Assembly: GCA_028679185.1 (NCBI GenBank)
Contig: JAJRBZ010000069.1
Span: 30,059 to 94,058 of the forward strand
DNA length: 64,000 nt
Origin: Methanoregula sp.
Lineage (GTDB): Archaea; Halobacteriota; Methanomicrobia; Methanomicrobiales; Methanospirillaceae
Direction of reading: 5' to 3'
Position numbers and translations under genes: made by a program. Positions 29,213 to 39,659 of the stretch are shown here, in pieces (position 1 is the stretch's first letter; each line of letters starts with the position of its first letter). Under the pieces are notes generated by a model that had not been told where the DNA came from, searched no databases, and saw only the letters and a program-made list of their open reading frames with translations.

Positions 29213-29893
29213 ATGATGGAACATATAAAAAAGGCATTCAATGCTATTGCAACAGAATACGATTCCCAGCGCGAACATATCATCCCTGAGATGCGGTTGT
29301 TTTATGGTGCTGCAATCTGGGCTGCGGAAAGCCGGACCAATGAGCCGGCAATCCTTGACATAGGGGCAGGGACGGGTTTGTTGAGTGCACTACTGCTCCA
29401 GAAATTCCCTGATGCACACCTGGCCCTGCTGGATATTTCCGAGAATATGCTGGAGGTTGCACGGCAGCGGTTTTCCGGTCAGGAAAATATCCGGTATATT
29501 GTCAGTGATTACAGCAGGTCAGAGTTAATCGGGCAGTATGATATTATCTGTTCCGCACTCTCGATTCATCACCTTGCCCCTGAAGACAAACAACAGCTCT
29601 TTGGAAGAATTTTTTCTGCTCTGAAGAGAGGTGGCCTGTTTATCAATGCAGATCAGGCTGATGGGGAGACTGAGTATTTCCGTCACAGATATATGGATTA
29701 CTGGAACGATTTTCTCCAAAACGGCCCGCTGAACAAAGAAAAACATGCGGAAATCATCAGGCGACGCGATACTCTTGACCGGAACAATACACTATCAGAA
29801 CAGCTCCGGTGGCTGAATGTCTGCGGATTTTCCGATGTCGATTTGGTTTACAAAAACAGGACATTCATAGTTACTGTTGCACGAAAAGGATAA
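29213..29893 (+). CDS. Class I SAM-dependent methyltransferase
   Basis: LDIGAGTG motif I, SALSIHHL. Confidence 0.88.
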   Translation: MMEHIKKAFNAIATEYDSQREHIIPEMRLFYGAAIWAAESRTNEPAILDIGAGTGLLSALLLQKFPDAHLALLDISENMLEVARQRFSGQENIRYIVSDYSRSELIGQYDIICSALSIHHLAPEDKQQLFGRIFSALKRGGLFINADQADGETEYFRHRYMDYWNDFLQNGPLNKEKHAEIIRRRDTLDRNNTLSEQLRWLNVCGFSDVDLVYKNRTFIVTVARKG

Positions 29894-30172
29894 CCGGACA
29901 GATCCGTTCCGGAAGGATGCATACCTGCAATTCTTTACGGCCCGGGAATAAGGCACTTAAGATACCGGTAGTGTTTCGTTGATATAACGCATCAGTCAGG
30001 GCGCCGAACTCCTTGTGTTATTGACACGATTGAGTGCTCGTAGTACATACCCGTCATGTCGCTCTGGCAACTCTTTCGGATTATATAATTCCATACAAGC
30101 TCGGCACCGGTACAAAAAATATTCAACTACCAGATGCCGGACTCCCAAACAGAAAATGTGTAAAAGAATCAG

Positions 30173-30247
30173 TAGCGAGGGATGGATTTGAACCATCGAT
30201 CTACGGGTTATGAGCCCGTCGGGATATCCTGACTACCCTACCTCGCT
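30173..30247 (-). tRNA. tRNA-Met initiator (CAT), no encoded CCA
   Basis: AGCGAGG...CCTCGCT-A acceptor with A1-U72; anticodon stem ACGGG-CTCATAA-CCCGT with three G-C pairs; T-loop TTCAAAT. Confidence 0.96.
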
Positions 30248-30357
30248 CCTTTATCAGGCGTATAATATTGTCGGCGAGCGCAGATATAGTTTACTCAGTT
30301 TTTCAGAATATACTGCATGTTGGGGAGATTTAATTACTCTGGTTCCCACAGTGAGTT

Positions 30358-30759
30358 ATGGATGATGAGATTGGCCGGATCCGGGAAAAACGGATGCAGG
30401 AGCTTAAAGAAAAAATGAAGCACGCTACAAAGGCAGATGTGATTCATGTTGATGAGATGCATTTTCAGGAGTTCATCAGGACGCATCCATTTGTGGTTCT
30501 GGATTTCTGGGCGGAATGGTGCGCTCCGTGCCGCAGGGTTGGACTTGTGATCGAAGAACTGTCGAAAGAATTTTCCGGAAAAGTAACATTCGGTAAATGC
30601 AACACAGATGACAACCGCCACCTCGCAATGCAGTTCAATATTACAGCAATACCTTCAATCATGCTCTTTTCTCAGGGTCAGCTGGTGGACCGGATTATCG
30701 GGGCTTATCCAAAAGAAGCAATCCGGGAAAAAATTTTGAGAAAATTTAACCTGAAATAA
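30358..30759 (+). CDS. trxA: Thioredoxin
   Basis: DFWAEWCAPC, IPSIMLF. Confidence 0.93.
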   Translation: MDDEIGRIREKRMQELKEKMKHATKADVIHVDEMHFQEFIRTHPFVVLDFWAEWCAPCRRVGLVIEELSKEFSGKVTFGKCNTDDNRHLAMQFNITAIPSIMLFSQGQLVDRIIGAYPKEAIREKILRKFNLK

Positions 30760-30801
30760 TTATCAGGAAATCATCCGGGAAATTTCATAAAATTAGAATC
30801 C

Positions 30802-31125
30802 TTATTTCAGGGCATTGAGTTTTGCTGCCATAATGAAATCATTTACTGTTAATCCGCCAGCAGGATACGTATAATAGGAAATCTCAACAAATTTTGTTTC
30901 TTTCATACAGATATCCGGAATATGTCCTTCCTGTGAAGACAGAGCCATCACCTCGATAAAAAACTCAACGCACCGGTCGCTGCCATCAAGCTCAAACATC
31001 CTGGTCAGGTGACCGTTGTCGAGTGACCATCCGGGCACTTCACCAAGGAGATCAAATATCTCCTTACGCGTTAATGGAGGAGAACCCATTCGGTATGTGG
31101 TGCATCTTCTCTCTGCGAGATCCAT
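30802..31125 (-). CDS. Pterin-4a-carbinolamine dehydratase family protein (degenerate motifs)
   Basis: PPLT...L..VPGW..LTRMF...EGHIPD...AGGLTVNDFIMAAKLN; start re-called at ATG 31125. Confidence 0.8.
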   Translation of the reverse strand: MDLAERRCTTYRMGSPPLTRKEIFDLLGEVPGWSLDNGHLTRMFELDGSDRCVEFFIEVMALSSQEGHIPDICMKETKFVEISYYTYPAGGLTVNDFIMAAKLNALK

Positions 31126-31341
31126 GGTAATCTCTCGTTTTTCAGAACAAAAAAATGTATCTAATGAGCAATTGGCAGTATTTCCCTCCTGATGGTATTC
31201 ACGCCCATTTGATGAATTATTCTTCAGTTGCGGCAGATCCGGATGATTTCTGCCTGCGGGAATGCCACTGCACGATCGCATAACTAAAAAAAAGACCCGG
31301 AAAGACCATAATGCGCCAGAGACTACGTTTTATGAGAAAAC

Positions 31342-33477
31342 GTGTCATCCGTATTTTCAAGTCTCCATGAATCTCTCCAGCAGGTGCTTGCCCAAAGACT
31401 TGAATGGACCGAGCTCCGTGAGGTGCAGGAGCGGACTTATTCAGCAGTTGTAACCGGGAATGATGTGCTGGTTATTGCACCAACTGCAGGGGGAAAGTCA
31501 GAGGCAGCGCTGATTCCTGTCATAGATGATATCTTAAAGAATGGGAGAATGGGGGTAACCTGTCTCTACATTTCTCCCTTGAAGGCGCTTATCAACGATC
31601 AGGAAGATCGATTCGGCGCTTTTTGCATTCCGACCTCACTTTCTGTGATGAAATGGCACGGTGACGTACCCAAGGGCGATCGCTCCTGGAAGGATGGAGA
31701 ACCGCCACACTTTCTTATGATTACACCTGAGTCGCTTGAGGTGCTCCTTCAGGAAAAAAAATTATCTTCAGATCTCCGGCGCGTCAGGACCATAATCATT
31801 GATGAACTCCATGCATTTGTCGAGTCTGACAGGGGTGTACACCTTAAAGTTCTCCTTGACCGGATGGACCGTCTTACGAAAAGACCTGTCCAAAGGATAG
31901 GATTATCAGCGACAGTGGGAAATCCTGAAGAAGTGCTGGCGTGGCTCTCCGATGGCCGCAAAAGGGGAGAGCTCGTTGTAGTCCAAAACACTCCCAAAGA
32001 GAAACAGTTCCAGTTTATAGTAAATGCTGAAGAAAAAGACCGTATCAATGCACTGGTACGGATCGTTGACGGAAAGAAGGCACTTGTTTTTGTCAACAGC
32101 AGAGGTGTCGCAGAAAAACTCATGAAGGAAAGTGCCGGCAGGATCCGGAATCTTCACATCCATCACTCATCTCTCTCGCCAGCGACGCGGAAAACATCAG
32201 AGGAGGCCTTCTCATCGACGGAAGGCGCCTGCATCATCTGTACAAGCACGCTTGAACTTGGTATTGATATCGGTGACCTTGATGTGGTTGTACAGGTGGG
32301 TCCACCAAATTCTGTTTCTTCATTTCTCCAGCGTATGGGAAGGAGTGGCCGGCGTGGGAAATCCGCCTTTGTTGCCTGGGTGCTCCAGAATCCGTGTGAG
32401 CTGCTTTGCAGCCTTGCGATCCTGGAATGTGCAATCCAGAAAGAAGTTGAAAATCTCATCTCCCCCAAAAAACCTTACAATGTATTACTCCAGCAGATTT
32501 TCCTGTATATGTACAACCATTCCCGGGCGAGCCGCAGACAGCTTGCAGCATCGTTACTCTCTCATCCCGTCTTCAGCAGCATAGAGCCAGAAATTTTTGA
32601 ACAGATTATTACCCATCTCATTGCATCCGGGTATGTCACCACCGATGGTGAGATGGTTATGCTGGGAACAGAAGCTGAGCGGATGTTCGGGCATTCGAAC
32701 TGGAAGGAGCTCTATTCAGTGATCAGTGGAGGTGGGGAATACAGAGCTGTGACTCCTGAAGGTGAGGTGGTAGGTAAGCTTGATGCCCGGTTCGTTAACA
32801 GCAGGAACTCAGAAGAGATCTCACTGGGTGGACGCAACTGGTCAATGGTGAAGTGCGATGAAGGGCACAATCTTGTTGTTGTGATTCCAGGCGGATCGGA
32901 TTCATCCCGCATCTTCTGGACAAGTGCCGGTGAAAGCGGTTTTTCGCCACTTGTATGCCGGAGGATTCAGAAGATATGTGCCCGTGGTGGATCGGTATTA
33001 CCTCTTGGTGAACATGAACAGGAGATATTGCAAAATGTGCTCGTACGGGTTCCCGAAGAGATAAATGAGGACGGGCTATACGTGATTGAACAATCCGGGA
33101 AAAAAGGTGTTGAGGTTCTCATATTCTCTTTTTCCGGTAGCAGGTTTAACCGGTTGCTGACGCTCCTGCTTCAGGATCGACTTGGTGGCAGGGCTCAGGT
33201 ACGATACAATGATTTTATTGTTAAAGTAATGCATGCAGGAAAAGAAGGTACAGGGCAACGAGTCACGCGCGTCATTCAAGAAATCCAGAAAATGGGAAAG
33301 GACGAAATAGGATCTATCCTCCCTGTGCCCCAGGCGCATGGCTGGAAATTTGCATGTGCACTGCCACCAGAGCTGCTTTCTGATCTGACCCTGTCTGCCT
33401 ATTATCATGCAGAGGAGTTCATGAGCGATATGAAAAGCAGACAGGTGTTATTCCTCAAAGAAGTGATCCCGCAGTGA
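31342..33477 (+). CDS. Lhr-like DEAD/DEAH-box SF2 helicase
   Basis: APTAGGKS, SPLKAL, TPESLE, DELH, LSAT, TSTLELGIDIG, QRMGRSGRR. Confidence 0.92.
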   Translation: MSSVFSSLHESLQQVLAQRLEWTELREVQERTYSAVVTGNDVLVIAPTAGGKSEAALIPVIDDILKNGRMGVTCLYISPLKALINDQEDRFGAFCIPTSLSVMKWHGDVPKGDRSWKDGEPPHFLMITPESLEVLLQEKKLSSDLRRVRTIIIDELHAFVESDRGVHLKVLLDRMDRLTKRPVQRIGLSATVGNPEEVLAWLSDGRKRGELVVVQNTPKEKQFQFIVNAEEKDRINALVRIVDGKKALVFVNSRGVAEKLMKESAGRIRNLHIHHSSLSPATRKTSEEAFSSTEGACIICTSTLELGIDIGDLDVVVQVGPPNSVSSFLQRMGRSGRRGKSAFVAWVLQNPCELLCSLAILECAIQKEVENLISPKKPYNVLLQQIFLYMYNHSRASRRQLAASLLSHPVFSSIEPEIFEQIITHLIASGYVTTDGEMVMLGTEAERMFGHSNWKELYSVISGGGEYRAVTPEGEVVGKLDARFVNSRNSEEISLGGRNWSMVKCDEGHNLVVVIPGGSDSSRIFWTSAGESGFSPLVCRRIQKICARGGSVLPLGEHEQEILQNVLVRVPEEINEDGLYVIEQSGKKGVEVLIFSFSGSRFNRLLTLLLQDRLGGRAQVRYNDFIVKVMHAGKEGTGQRVTRVIQEIQKMGKDEIGSILPVPQAHGWKFACALPPELLSDLTLSAYYHAEEFMSDMKSRQVLFLKEVIPQ

Positions 33478-33560
33478 AATGCGATATAAGAAATCAGGTG
33501 CACGGGACTTGCCTGGAAGATACATCATATTATTATACGGGAAACAGTGGAAATAAATCT

Positions 33561-33980
33561 ATGAAAAATGGTTACATTCTTCTCGCTATTACCGTTGTGC
33601 TGCTTATGGTGTGTGGGTGTACCCAGTCACCCACAACTATTCAGCCGACGGCAACTGTACCTGTTACCCAACAAACGACACAACAGATGACGGTAACAAC
33701 TATTCCAGCTCTGCAAACACCTGCTTCTGTATCCGACAATACCATCCGGATCAAAAATTTCGCTTTTGATCCTGCAAGTATTACGGTGAAGGCCGGTTCA
33801 ACTGTTCGCTGGGTGAACCAGGATTCAGTTCCGCATAAACTTCAATTTACTGATACAAGTTTTTCAACACAGATCCTTGGTGCAAGTCAATCTGAGAGTC
33901 ACAAGTTCGTACAGCCAGGAGTGTATGACTATATTTGTTCAATTCACCCTCAAATGAAAGGAACCGTAATTGTTGAATGA
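33561..33980 (+). CDS. Blue (type 1) copper cupredoxin lipoprotein
   Basis: Lipobox-like VCGC, Thr/Gln-rich linker, DSVPH...YICSIHPQMKG (H-C-H-M ligands); start re-called at 33561. Confidence 0.88.
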   Translation: MKNGYILLAITVVLLMVCGCTQSPTTIQPTATVPVTQQTTQQMTVTTIPALQTPASVSDNTIRIKNFAFDPASITVKAGSTVRWVNQDSVPHKLQFTDTSFSTQILGASQSESHKFVQPGVYDYICSIHPQMKGTVIVE

Positions 33981-34090
33981 TGAGCCTCTCAAACAAATAA
34001 TCTCCTTTAAACCGTAGAATATTCTGATGCTTCACAACGAAAAACAAGCTTTGAGTATGTTAAATGAGAGAAAAAGTCTGAATTTAAAAA

Positions 34091-34300
34091 TTATAACCCG
34101 GCGACCCGGAAAAACGCACCAATCAGGATACCGAACATGGATGTGGATGCCGACAACATCCCCAAAATAATATATCCGACTATCACACCGATTTTTATTG
34201 GCATATAGGTGCGGTTCAGATGAAGCCTTCGGATCTCACGAAATGATTTTGTATCGGCCGAAACCTGTGGCTTATTTCTCTTTATCCGGATCATGTTCAT
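34091..34300 (-). CDS. Small hypothetical membrane protein
   Basis: 69-aa ORF with basic N-terminus and hydrophobic C-terminus in an otherwise empty interval; no family recognised. Confidence 0.4.
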   Translation of the reverse strand: MNMIRIKRNKPQVSADTKSFREIRRLHLNRTYMPIKIGVIVGYIILGMLSASTSMFGILIGAFFRVAGL

Positions 34301-34562
34301 TCACCATATATGACGATATTTTAATTCAAATTTCCGGTACCGCCAGCTCATAAATTATTTGAGCTGACGAACCTCAGCAACTAATGATATGAATATGTAC
34401 TATTTATAATTTTATTTTTTTTTAAAAATAAAAAAAATCTTTAAAATCATTTTTTTGACAAATTAGCGCGAAATTTCACATATTTTTTCAATTGTAATGT
34501 AAAAAATTTGTTATATGCTCCAATATTCCGTAATCTTGATAATTTCCCTGTAAAGAAAAAAA

Positions 34563-34647
34563 CGCCGAGGGGGAGATTTGAACTCCCGAGGCGCGAAGCG
34601 CCAGTAGCTTTCGAGGCTACCGCCTTCCCGGGCTAGACTACCTCGGC
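34563..34647 (-). tRNA. tRNA-Ser (CGA), long variable arm, no encoded CCA
   Basis: GCCGAGG...CCTCGGC-G; anticodon stem GTAGC-CTCGAAA-GCTAC; variable hairpin; GGGAG-TTCAAAT-CTCCC. Confidence 0.96.
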
Positions 34648-34863
34648 AACCGGTTCTGATATTTTTTCATCAATTGTTCTAATACTTATCTGATTTCCGT
34701 TTATTGTACCTGCTCATTTTATAGAAATTGTACTGCTGATAGCAGGAAGTCCTGTGATTACCGGTCTTACAATCAGGAATATGTGTCGAACCTCAGAAGA
34801 ACACAAAAAAACCGGAGTGAGGGGGTTTTAACCTGACCCTCTTCATATCACTATTGAATTTTA

Positions 34864-36468
34864 CTAGAATGCTGCAGGAGCGCCGCTGGGTCCTGGCGAT
34901 TTTGACTGGGTGACCATCATGTCATCCACGCGGATGAGCATGATTGCTGTTTCCGATGCACTCTGGATTGACTGGCGTTTCGATCTCAGGGGTTCAAGTA
35001 CCCCTTCTGTGAGCATGTCTACGATTTTGCCATTGTATACATTCAATCCTGCGTTCTTCTTCCCCTTTGAATGCGCATTCTTGAGTTCGACAAGCTTGTC
35101 GATGGGATTGTATCCCGAGTTCTCTGCAAGAGTGCGGGGAATTGATTCGAACGCTGATGCATATGCTTCAATGGCAAGCTGGACACGTCCCCCAACCGTT
35201 GAAGCGTAATCCCGGATTTTCATGAGGAGTTCTGTCTCGACTGCACCCCCACCAACCACATACGTGCCATCTTCCATGGCGTCCATGACCACTCGGGTTC
35301 CGTCATTTACGGCGCGTTCGAGTTCGTCAAGGAGATAATCACTTGAGCCGCGGAGCAGGATTGTAATTGACTTGGGGTTCTTGCACCCGGAGATTCGTGT
35401 GATATTACCCTCGGTATCCTCCTCTACAAGATCTGCTGATCCGAGATCCTTTGCCGTGAGTGTATCCGGTTTGTTCACAATATTCGCATGAAGTGACCGT
35501 GCAGCATATTTCATATCGCTTTCCGGTATATCCTCAATGGCAAAAATTCCATTCTTGGCAAGATAGAACTGGACCGGATCCGCGATGCCCTTCTGGCACA
35601 GAAGAACATTCGCACCGCTCGCGATAATTGCATCGGCAAGTTTTTTGAGTGTATTGCGTTCCTGCTCGGAAAAGGCATTAATCTGCTCAGCACTTGTGAT
35701 CTTGATCTTCGCTTTAACCTGGGTTTTTGTGATCTCGAGCGGGGTTGCAATTAATGCGATTTTTGCTTTTGTAACCTTTTTGGGCATGCCCTCACTGATG
35801 CGTTTCTTATCAATGACAATACCACGGATTAGCTCTGCATCATCCATCGCCTTCCCTTTCTGCTTCTTGATCATTACGTCATCATCATTGACATTGATCT
35901 TTCCATTGGTTTTTTCGGCAACTGCCATCACGGCGTCAACAATAATTCCGTCAAGTTTGGTTTTTACGGATTCAATCGACTTGCCGGTTATGGAAGTGTC
36001 CACGATTTTAAAGAGTGTTTTCCGATCGGTAGGTTCAACTTTGAGCGAGAGACCGTTCACAATCTCGAGTGATTTCTCCATACCCATACGATATCCCTGA
36101 GCGATCACAGTTGGATGAATCCCCTGTTCAAGCATTACCTCAGCCTGCTCCATGAGCGCACCAACAATAACAACAGCGGTCGTTGTCCCGTCGCCGACCT
36201 CATCATCCTGAGTCCGGGCGACTTCGATGACCATTTTTGCACCCGGGTGCTGAACGGCAATTTCTCCCAGGATAGTTGCACCATCGTTGGTGATTACAAT
36301 GTCACCAGTTGAATCGACAAGCATTTTGTCCATTCCACGTGGACCAAGTGTTGACTTGACAGCACCGGCAATCGCCTTTGCTGCAGCAATATTCGAGCGC
36401 TGGGCCTCTTTCCCGTAATTACGCTCCACATTTTCTTTTAAAATGATAATTGGTTGTCCAGATTGCAT
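34864..36468 (-). CDS. ths: Thermosome (group II chaperonin) subunit
   Basis: [31 protein letters not shown]. Confidence 0.97.
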   Translation of the reverse strand: MQSGQPIIILKENVERNYGKEAQRSNIAAAKAIAGAVKSTLGPRGMDKMLVDSTGDIVITNDGATILGEIAVQHPGAKMVIEVARTQDDEVGDGTTTAVVIVGALMEQAEVMLEQGIHPTVIAQGYRMGMEKSLEIVNGLSLKVEPTDRKTLFKIVDTSITGKSIESVKTKLDGIIVDAVMAVAEKTNGKINVNDDDVMIKKQKGKAMDDAELIRGIVIDKKRISEGMPKKVTKAKIALIATPLEITKTQVKAKIKITSAEQINAFSEQERNTLKKLADAIIASGANVLLCQKGIADPVQFYLAKNGIFAIEDIPESDMKYAARSLHANIVNKPDTLTAKDLGSADLVEEDTEGNITRISGCKNPKSITILLRGSSDYLLDELERAVNDGTRVVMDAMEDGTYVVGGGAVETELLMKIRDYASTVGGRVQLAIEAYASAFESIPRTLAENSGYNPIDKLVELKNAHSKGKKNAGLNVYNGKIVDMLTEGVLEPLRSKRQSIQSASETAIMLIRVDDMMVTQSKSPGPSGAPAAF

Positions 36469-36548
36469 AATGGATCCTCCGATGATGTAAAAGGTGGAAT
36501 TGAACTTCTATATAAACATTTTTGTGTTGGCTCCGGAAAAAAATTTGA

Positions 36549-37157
36549 TCAGTCAATGCGGGATATTTTGAAGAGCGAATAGACTGGCACACCTTCAATA
36601 TCTTTGATACCGCGCTTATCGAATATTACCCAGATGGCAACCGGTATCGCATTGTGTTTTTTAAGATATTTCACTACTTCCCGCATGGTATTGCCTGATG
36701 TAATAGTATCGTCTACAATGATACAACGCTCCCTGCCGATTGCGGCAAAATTCCCGCTGATTGATCCCATCGGGCGCTCACTCTGGTTCTGTTTGGCCGG
36801 ATGATAGATTGCAAGTTTTGCGGCTTCCTGCACTGCAATGATGGTTGCAAGAGGGATGCCTGAAAGGGCAATACCTACAATGACTCCGGCAGCTTGTGAT
36901 GATGCGTTTTCATCAGACTGGTCTCCATAGTATCTTTGAAGGAGCATCATCGCCGTTTCTTCAAGCATCGGCGCGCGGCTGCTGACTGCGGTCCAGTCTA
37001 TGTGAACATCTTTCGGGGCATTTGTCCCTTTGCCCTGCGTGAGAAGCCACGTTACGGTTTCCATGGAAAGGGATAGTTCATCAGCAATCTGACCTGGACT
37101 ATGCCCCTCAGCGAGGAGCATTTTTGCTCTGCCAATCAGATCGTCAAGGGAAGACAT
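36549..37157 (-). CDS. gfcR: Orotate-PRT-like HTH transcriptional regulator (GfcR family)
   Basis: N-terminal HTH ([18 protein letters not shown]), [22 protein letters not shown] loop. Confidence 0.85.
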   Translation of the reverse strand: MSSLDDLIGRAKMLLAEGHSPGQIADELSLSMETVTWLLTQGKGTNAPKDVHIDWTAVSSRAPMLEETAMMLLQRYYGDQSDENASSQAAGVIVGIALSGIPLATIIAVQEAAKLAIYHPAKQNQSERPMGSISGNFAAIGRERCIIVDDTITSGNTMREVVKYLKKHNAIPVAIWVIFDKRGIKDIEGVPVYSLFKISRID

Positions 37158-37178
37158 GGGAAAAAGATTCGCCGGTAT

Positions 37179-37634
37179 CTATTTAAGTTTTCTTTTAATT
37201 ACCGAACCGCATATGAGACATTCCCCGTCATGGTCGAAATATCTGCCGCAGCCACTGCACCGGTATTTCCAGATGACAAATCCGGGCTTTTTCTGCAGCA
37301 TTGGGATTGTTTTGATCCCAAGTGCGTGAGCTATATTCCCGATGGCAAAATCATCGGTATAAACTGCTGCATCAAGATCAAGGGAAAGGGCAAGAAGGTC
37401 GCAGTCGGTACCGGAGATTATATTGGAATCCCCTGTTTTTTTGGCCGCGGCTTTTACTTTTTTGGTGTTTTCCATTGAAGGTACGACCAGAGTGAGCCCT
37501 TGTGCGCACAGCACATCAAACCGGCATTTTGAACGCAGATCTTTGAGCTCATCAGCAACAGACTGTGTCGTATAAAGATCCCCGTCAACTGCCAAATCAT
37601 AAAAAAAGAACGATGTGTCAAGGATGTATCTCAT
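37179..37634 (-). CDS. nob1: Nob1 PIN endonuclease
   Basis: YILDTS, SGTDCDLLAL, TDDFAIGN, C-terminal CSGCG...CLICG; start re-called at 37634. Confidence 0.9.
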   Translation of the reverse strand: MRYILDTSFFFYDLAVDGDLYTTQSVADELKDLRSKCRFDVLCAQGLTLVVPSMENTKKVKAAAKKTGDSNIISGTDCDLLALSLDLDAAVYTDDFAIGNIAHALGIKTIPMLQKKPGFVIWKYRCSGCGRYFDHDGECLICGSVIKRKLK

Positions 37635-38614
37635 ACGGAAAACTCCATTGGAACATCGTGGCGTAAAGTTATGTGAAATCCAAACCTGCCAAGGAGCCAG
37701 CAAACCGTTTCAGCGTGGGATGTCAGGGTGCTTGTGGTAAAAGAGCCCCCAAAGAGAGCAAGCGGAACCAGCAGCTGATCCGATAGATGAATATCCACAG
37801 TGCCCGGGTTTTTGATCTCCATGAGCAGGGCGTTTGCCGCTCTCCTGCCAACCTCTTCAGCCGGTAAACCCCGTTTACCGAGTGCAATCCCTCCCTTCGC
37901 CCCCTTACAGACTGTGCAGGAACTCCCGGTGCTTGGCCCGGTTCGGCGGTCCAGGCTGATTGTGCAGGGTTCGCCAATCCCTGGACCGAGACGGGCATCT
38001 GCTGCGGATGCCTGCCGTTCCGCGACATGATCCGGGAGGTTGGATGAACAGGAAAATATGCAGCAGGAATGGTCTTTGTCCTCATCAGGTATGACGGGCG
38101 ATATCTTTTTTTGATCCACCCTGACAGTCACCTCCCCTCCCCCCTCTGGAAAATAGCCCCTTTTATGGATATCCAGAGTTATTTTGGCACCTGAGGATCG
38201 CAGGACAGATCCAAAAACATGGTCAAGGTAGTCGATAGTCGGGCTCCTCAGTACCTCGGTCCCCCCAGTAATGTGAAGTATTCCGCCCGCGCCCAGCGCC
38301 ACGGGAAGCCAGGCCTGTATGACGAGCGGGATGCTTCCGGCTGTGCCAACGGCCACAAAAACCTCGCGATATTTCAGTTCCTGCGGGAAAAATATAATTG
38401 TACCCGAACCCGGGAAGATGCCCCTGCACTCGGCATCGCAGGTACATGCAACTGCCTTTATGGCGGCAATATGCTGAGCTGCCAGCCCCTGATTGCGTCT
38501 TGCTTCCCTTATCCGGGTGATCGTTACAGGTTCATTGGTAATCGCAGATAGCGCCACGGCATTCCGGACGAGTTGTCCACCCCCCTCACCAAATGAACCG
38601 TCAATATTCAGCAT
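37631..38614 (-). CDS. rtcA: RNA 3'-terminal phosphate cyclase
   Basis: IDGSFGEGGGQ, TAGSI, GGTEV...P, RGYFPEGGGEV, HLSDQL; start re-called at 38614. Confidence 0.93.
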   Translation of the reverse strand: MLNIDGSFGEGGGQLVRNAVALSAITNEPVTITRIREARRNQGLAAQHIAAIKAVACTCDAECRGIFPGSGTIIFFPQELKYREVFVAVGTAGSIPLVIQAWLPVALGAGGILHITGGTEVLRSPTIDYLDHVFGSVLRSSGAKITLDIHKRGYFPEGGGEVTVRVDQKKISPVIPDEDKDHSCCIFSCSSNLPDHVAERQASAADARLGPGIGEPCTISLDRRTGPSTGSSCTVCKGAKGGIALGKRGLPAEEVGRRAANALLMEIKNPGTVDIHLSDQLLVPLALFGGSFTTSTLTSHAETVCWLLGRFGFHITLRHDVPMEFSV

Positions 38615-39456
38615 CTTTTGAGTGCTGCTGCAATACTCGCTGCTGCGGATATCACGCTGCACCCCCGTTCGATTGTATCAGTGCATATAACGCCACGGAT
38701 TCCTGCTGCCATAAGATGGATATACGCCCCTCCTGTAAGCACTCCATGTACACATGCAGCGAATACGTCTTTTGCACCCTGCTGGTAGAGCATTGATGAT
38801 GCGGTGGCGATGGTCCCACCGGTCGAGATGATATCATCGACGATAACCACTGATCGTGCTTCAGCACATAATTGTTTTGGGGCCATCTTCACCTCAACTC
38901 CACTGAGACGTGTTTTTTCGAGATAATCAAAATCCCATCCGCCAGCAGAGGCAACATGTTCAGCGAATGTAAGTGCTCCGTCATCGGGAGCAAGGATCAG
39001 CGGATTACTAAGATTTAATGTTGTAATGAATGAACCGACATCATGTGCAAGTGAAATATTTATTGCGGGCACGTCAAAATAGTTGAGTACTTCTTTTTCA
39101 TGGATATTGACCGTAATAATTTCTGAAACCCCTCTGCTGAGCACGTGTGCTACAGCTCGTGCACTGATGGGCTCTCCCTTCCTGAACCGCTTGTCCTGCC
39201 GGGCATATCCCATATACGGCAACACAAGCTGGTTATTGGAACTGTCACAGGCATCGATCAACAGGATTAACTGGACAAGTGAGTCATTATCCACCACACT
39301 TCCGACAATAATGGTCTCATCATCCAGTTCACCGGTAATCAGGTACTGCTCCCCGTCAGGAAAACGGGAATATTTTACGTCGACGACCGTGGTCTTGAGT
39401 GCCTTGGCAAGGCTGGTGGCAAGTATTTGGGATTTTTCAGTGCATATCACTTTCAT
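38608..39456 (-). CDS. prs: Ribose-phosphate pyrophosphokinase
   Basis: FPDGE, PYMGYARQD, APDDGA, VDDIISTGGT; start re-called at 39456. Confidence 0.95.
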   Translation of the reverse strand: MKVICTEKSQILATSLAKALKTTVVDVKYSRFPDGEQYLITGELDDETIIVGSVVDNDSLVQLILLIDACDSSNNQLVLPYMGYARQDKRFRKGEPISARAVAHVLSRGVSEIITVNIHEKEVLNYFDVPAINISLAHDVGSFITTLNLSNPLILAPDDGALTFAEHVASAGGWDFDYLEKTRLSGVEVKMAPKQLCAEARSVVIVDDIISTGGTIATASSMLYQQGAKDVFAACVHGVLTGGAYIHLMAAGIRGVICTDTIERGCSVISAAASIAAALKRC

Positions 39457-39659
39457 GGTTTTCTTCCTAAACACGGTGTGGTGGTGTTTTTCTTCAGGGA
39501 TTTATTGTAAATATTAGGTATTGTAGTTTTTCGCATGGATTTGTATTGGTCAACTGATCCTACAGGAAAACGGCTGTCCGTTGTAATCAGCTGAAAGTAC
39601 TTAAACTATCATGAGACAATTTATATGAAAACTCCGGGAAAAAAGAGGTATATTCCGCA

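Noticed and set aside
29894-30172. 280-nt gap downstream of tRNA-iMet with a 32-aa minus-strand ORF and a 14-mer (CACAAGGAGWTCGG) shared with 55771-55784
   Set aside because: No RBS or motif for the ORF, no tRNA duplication, and a 13/14 match is expected by chance in 64 kb
30802-31281. Long N-terminal extensions in the ORF track (also at 22893, 33474, 37703, 38662, 59286)
   Set aside because: Extensions overlap neighbours or promoters and precede the recognisable family N-terminus; starts were re-called downstream
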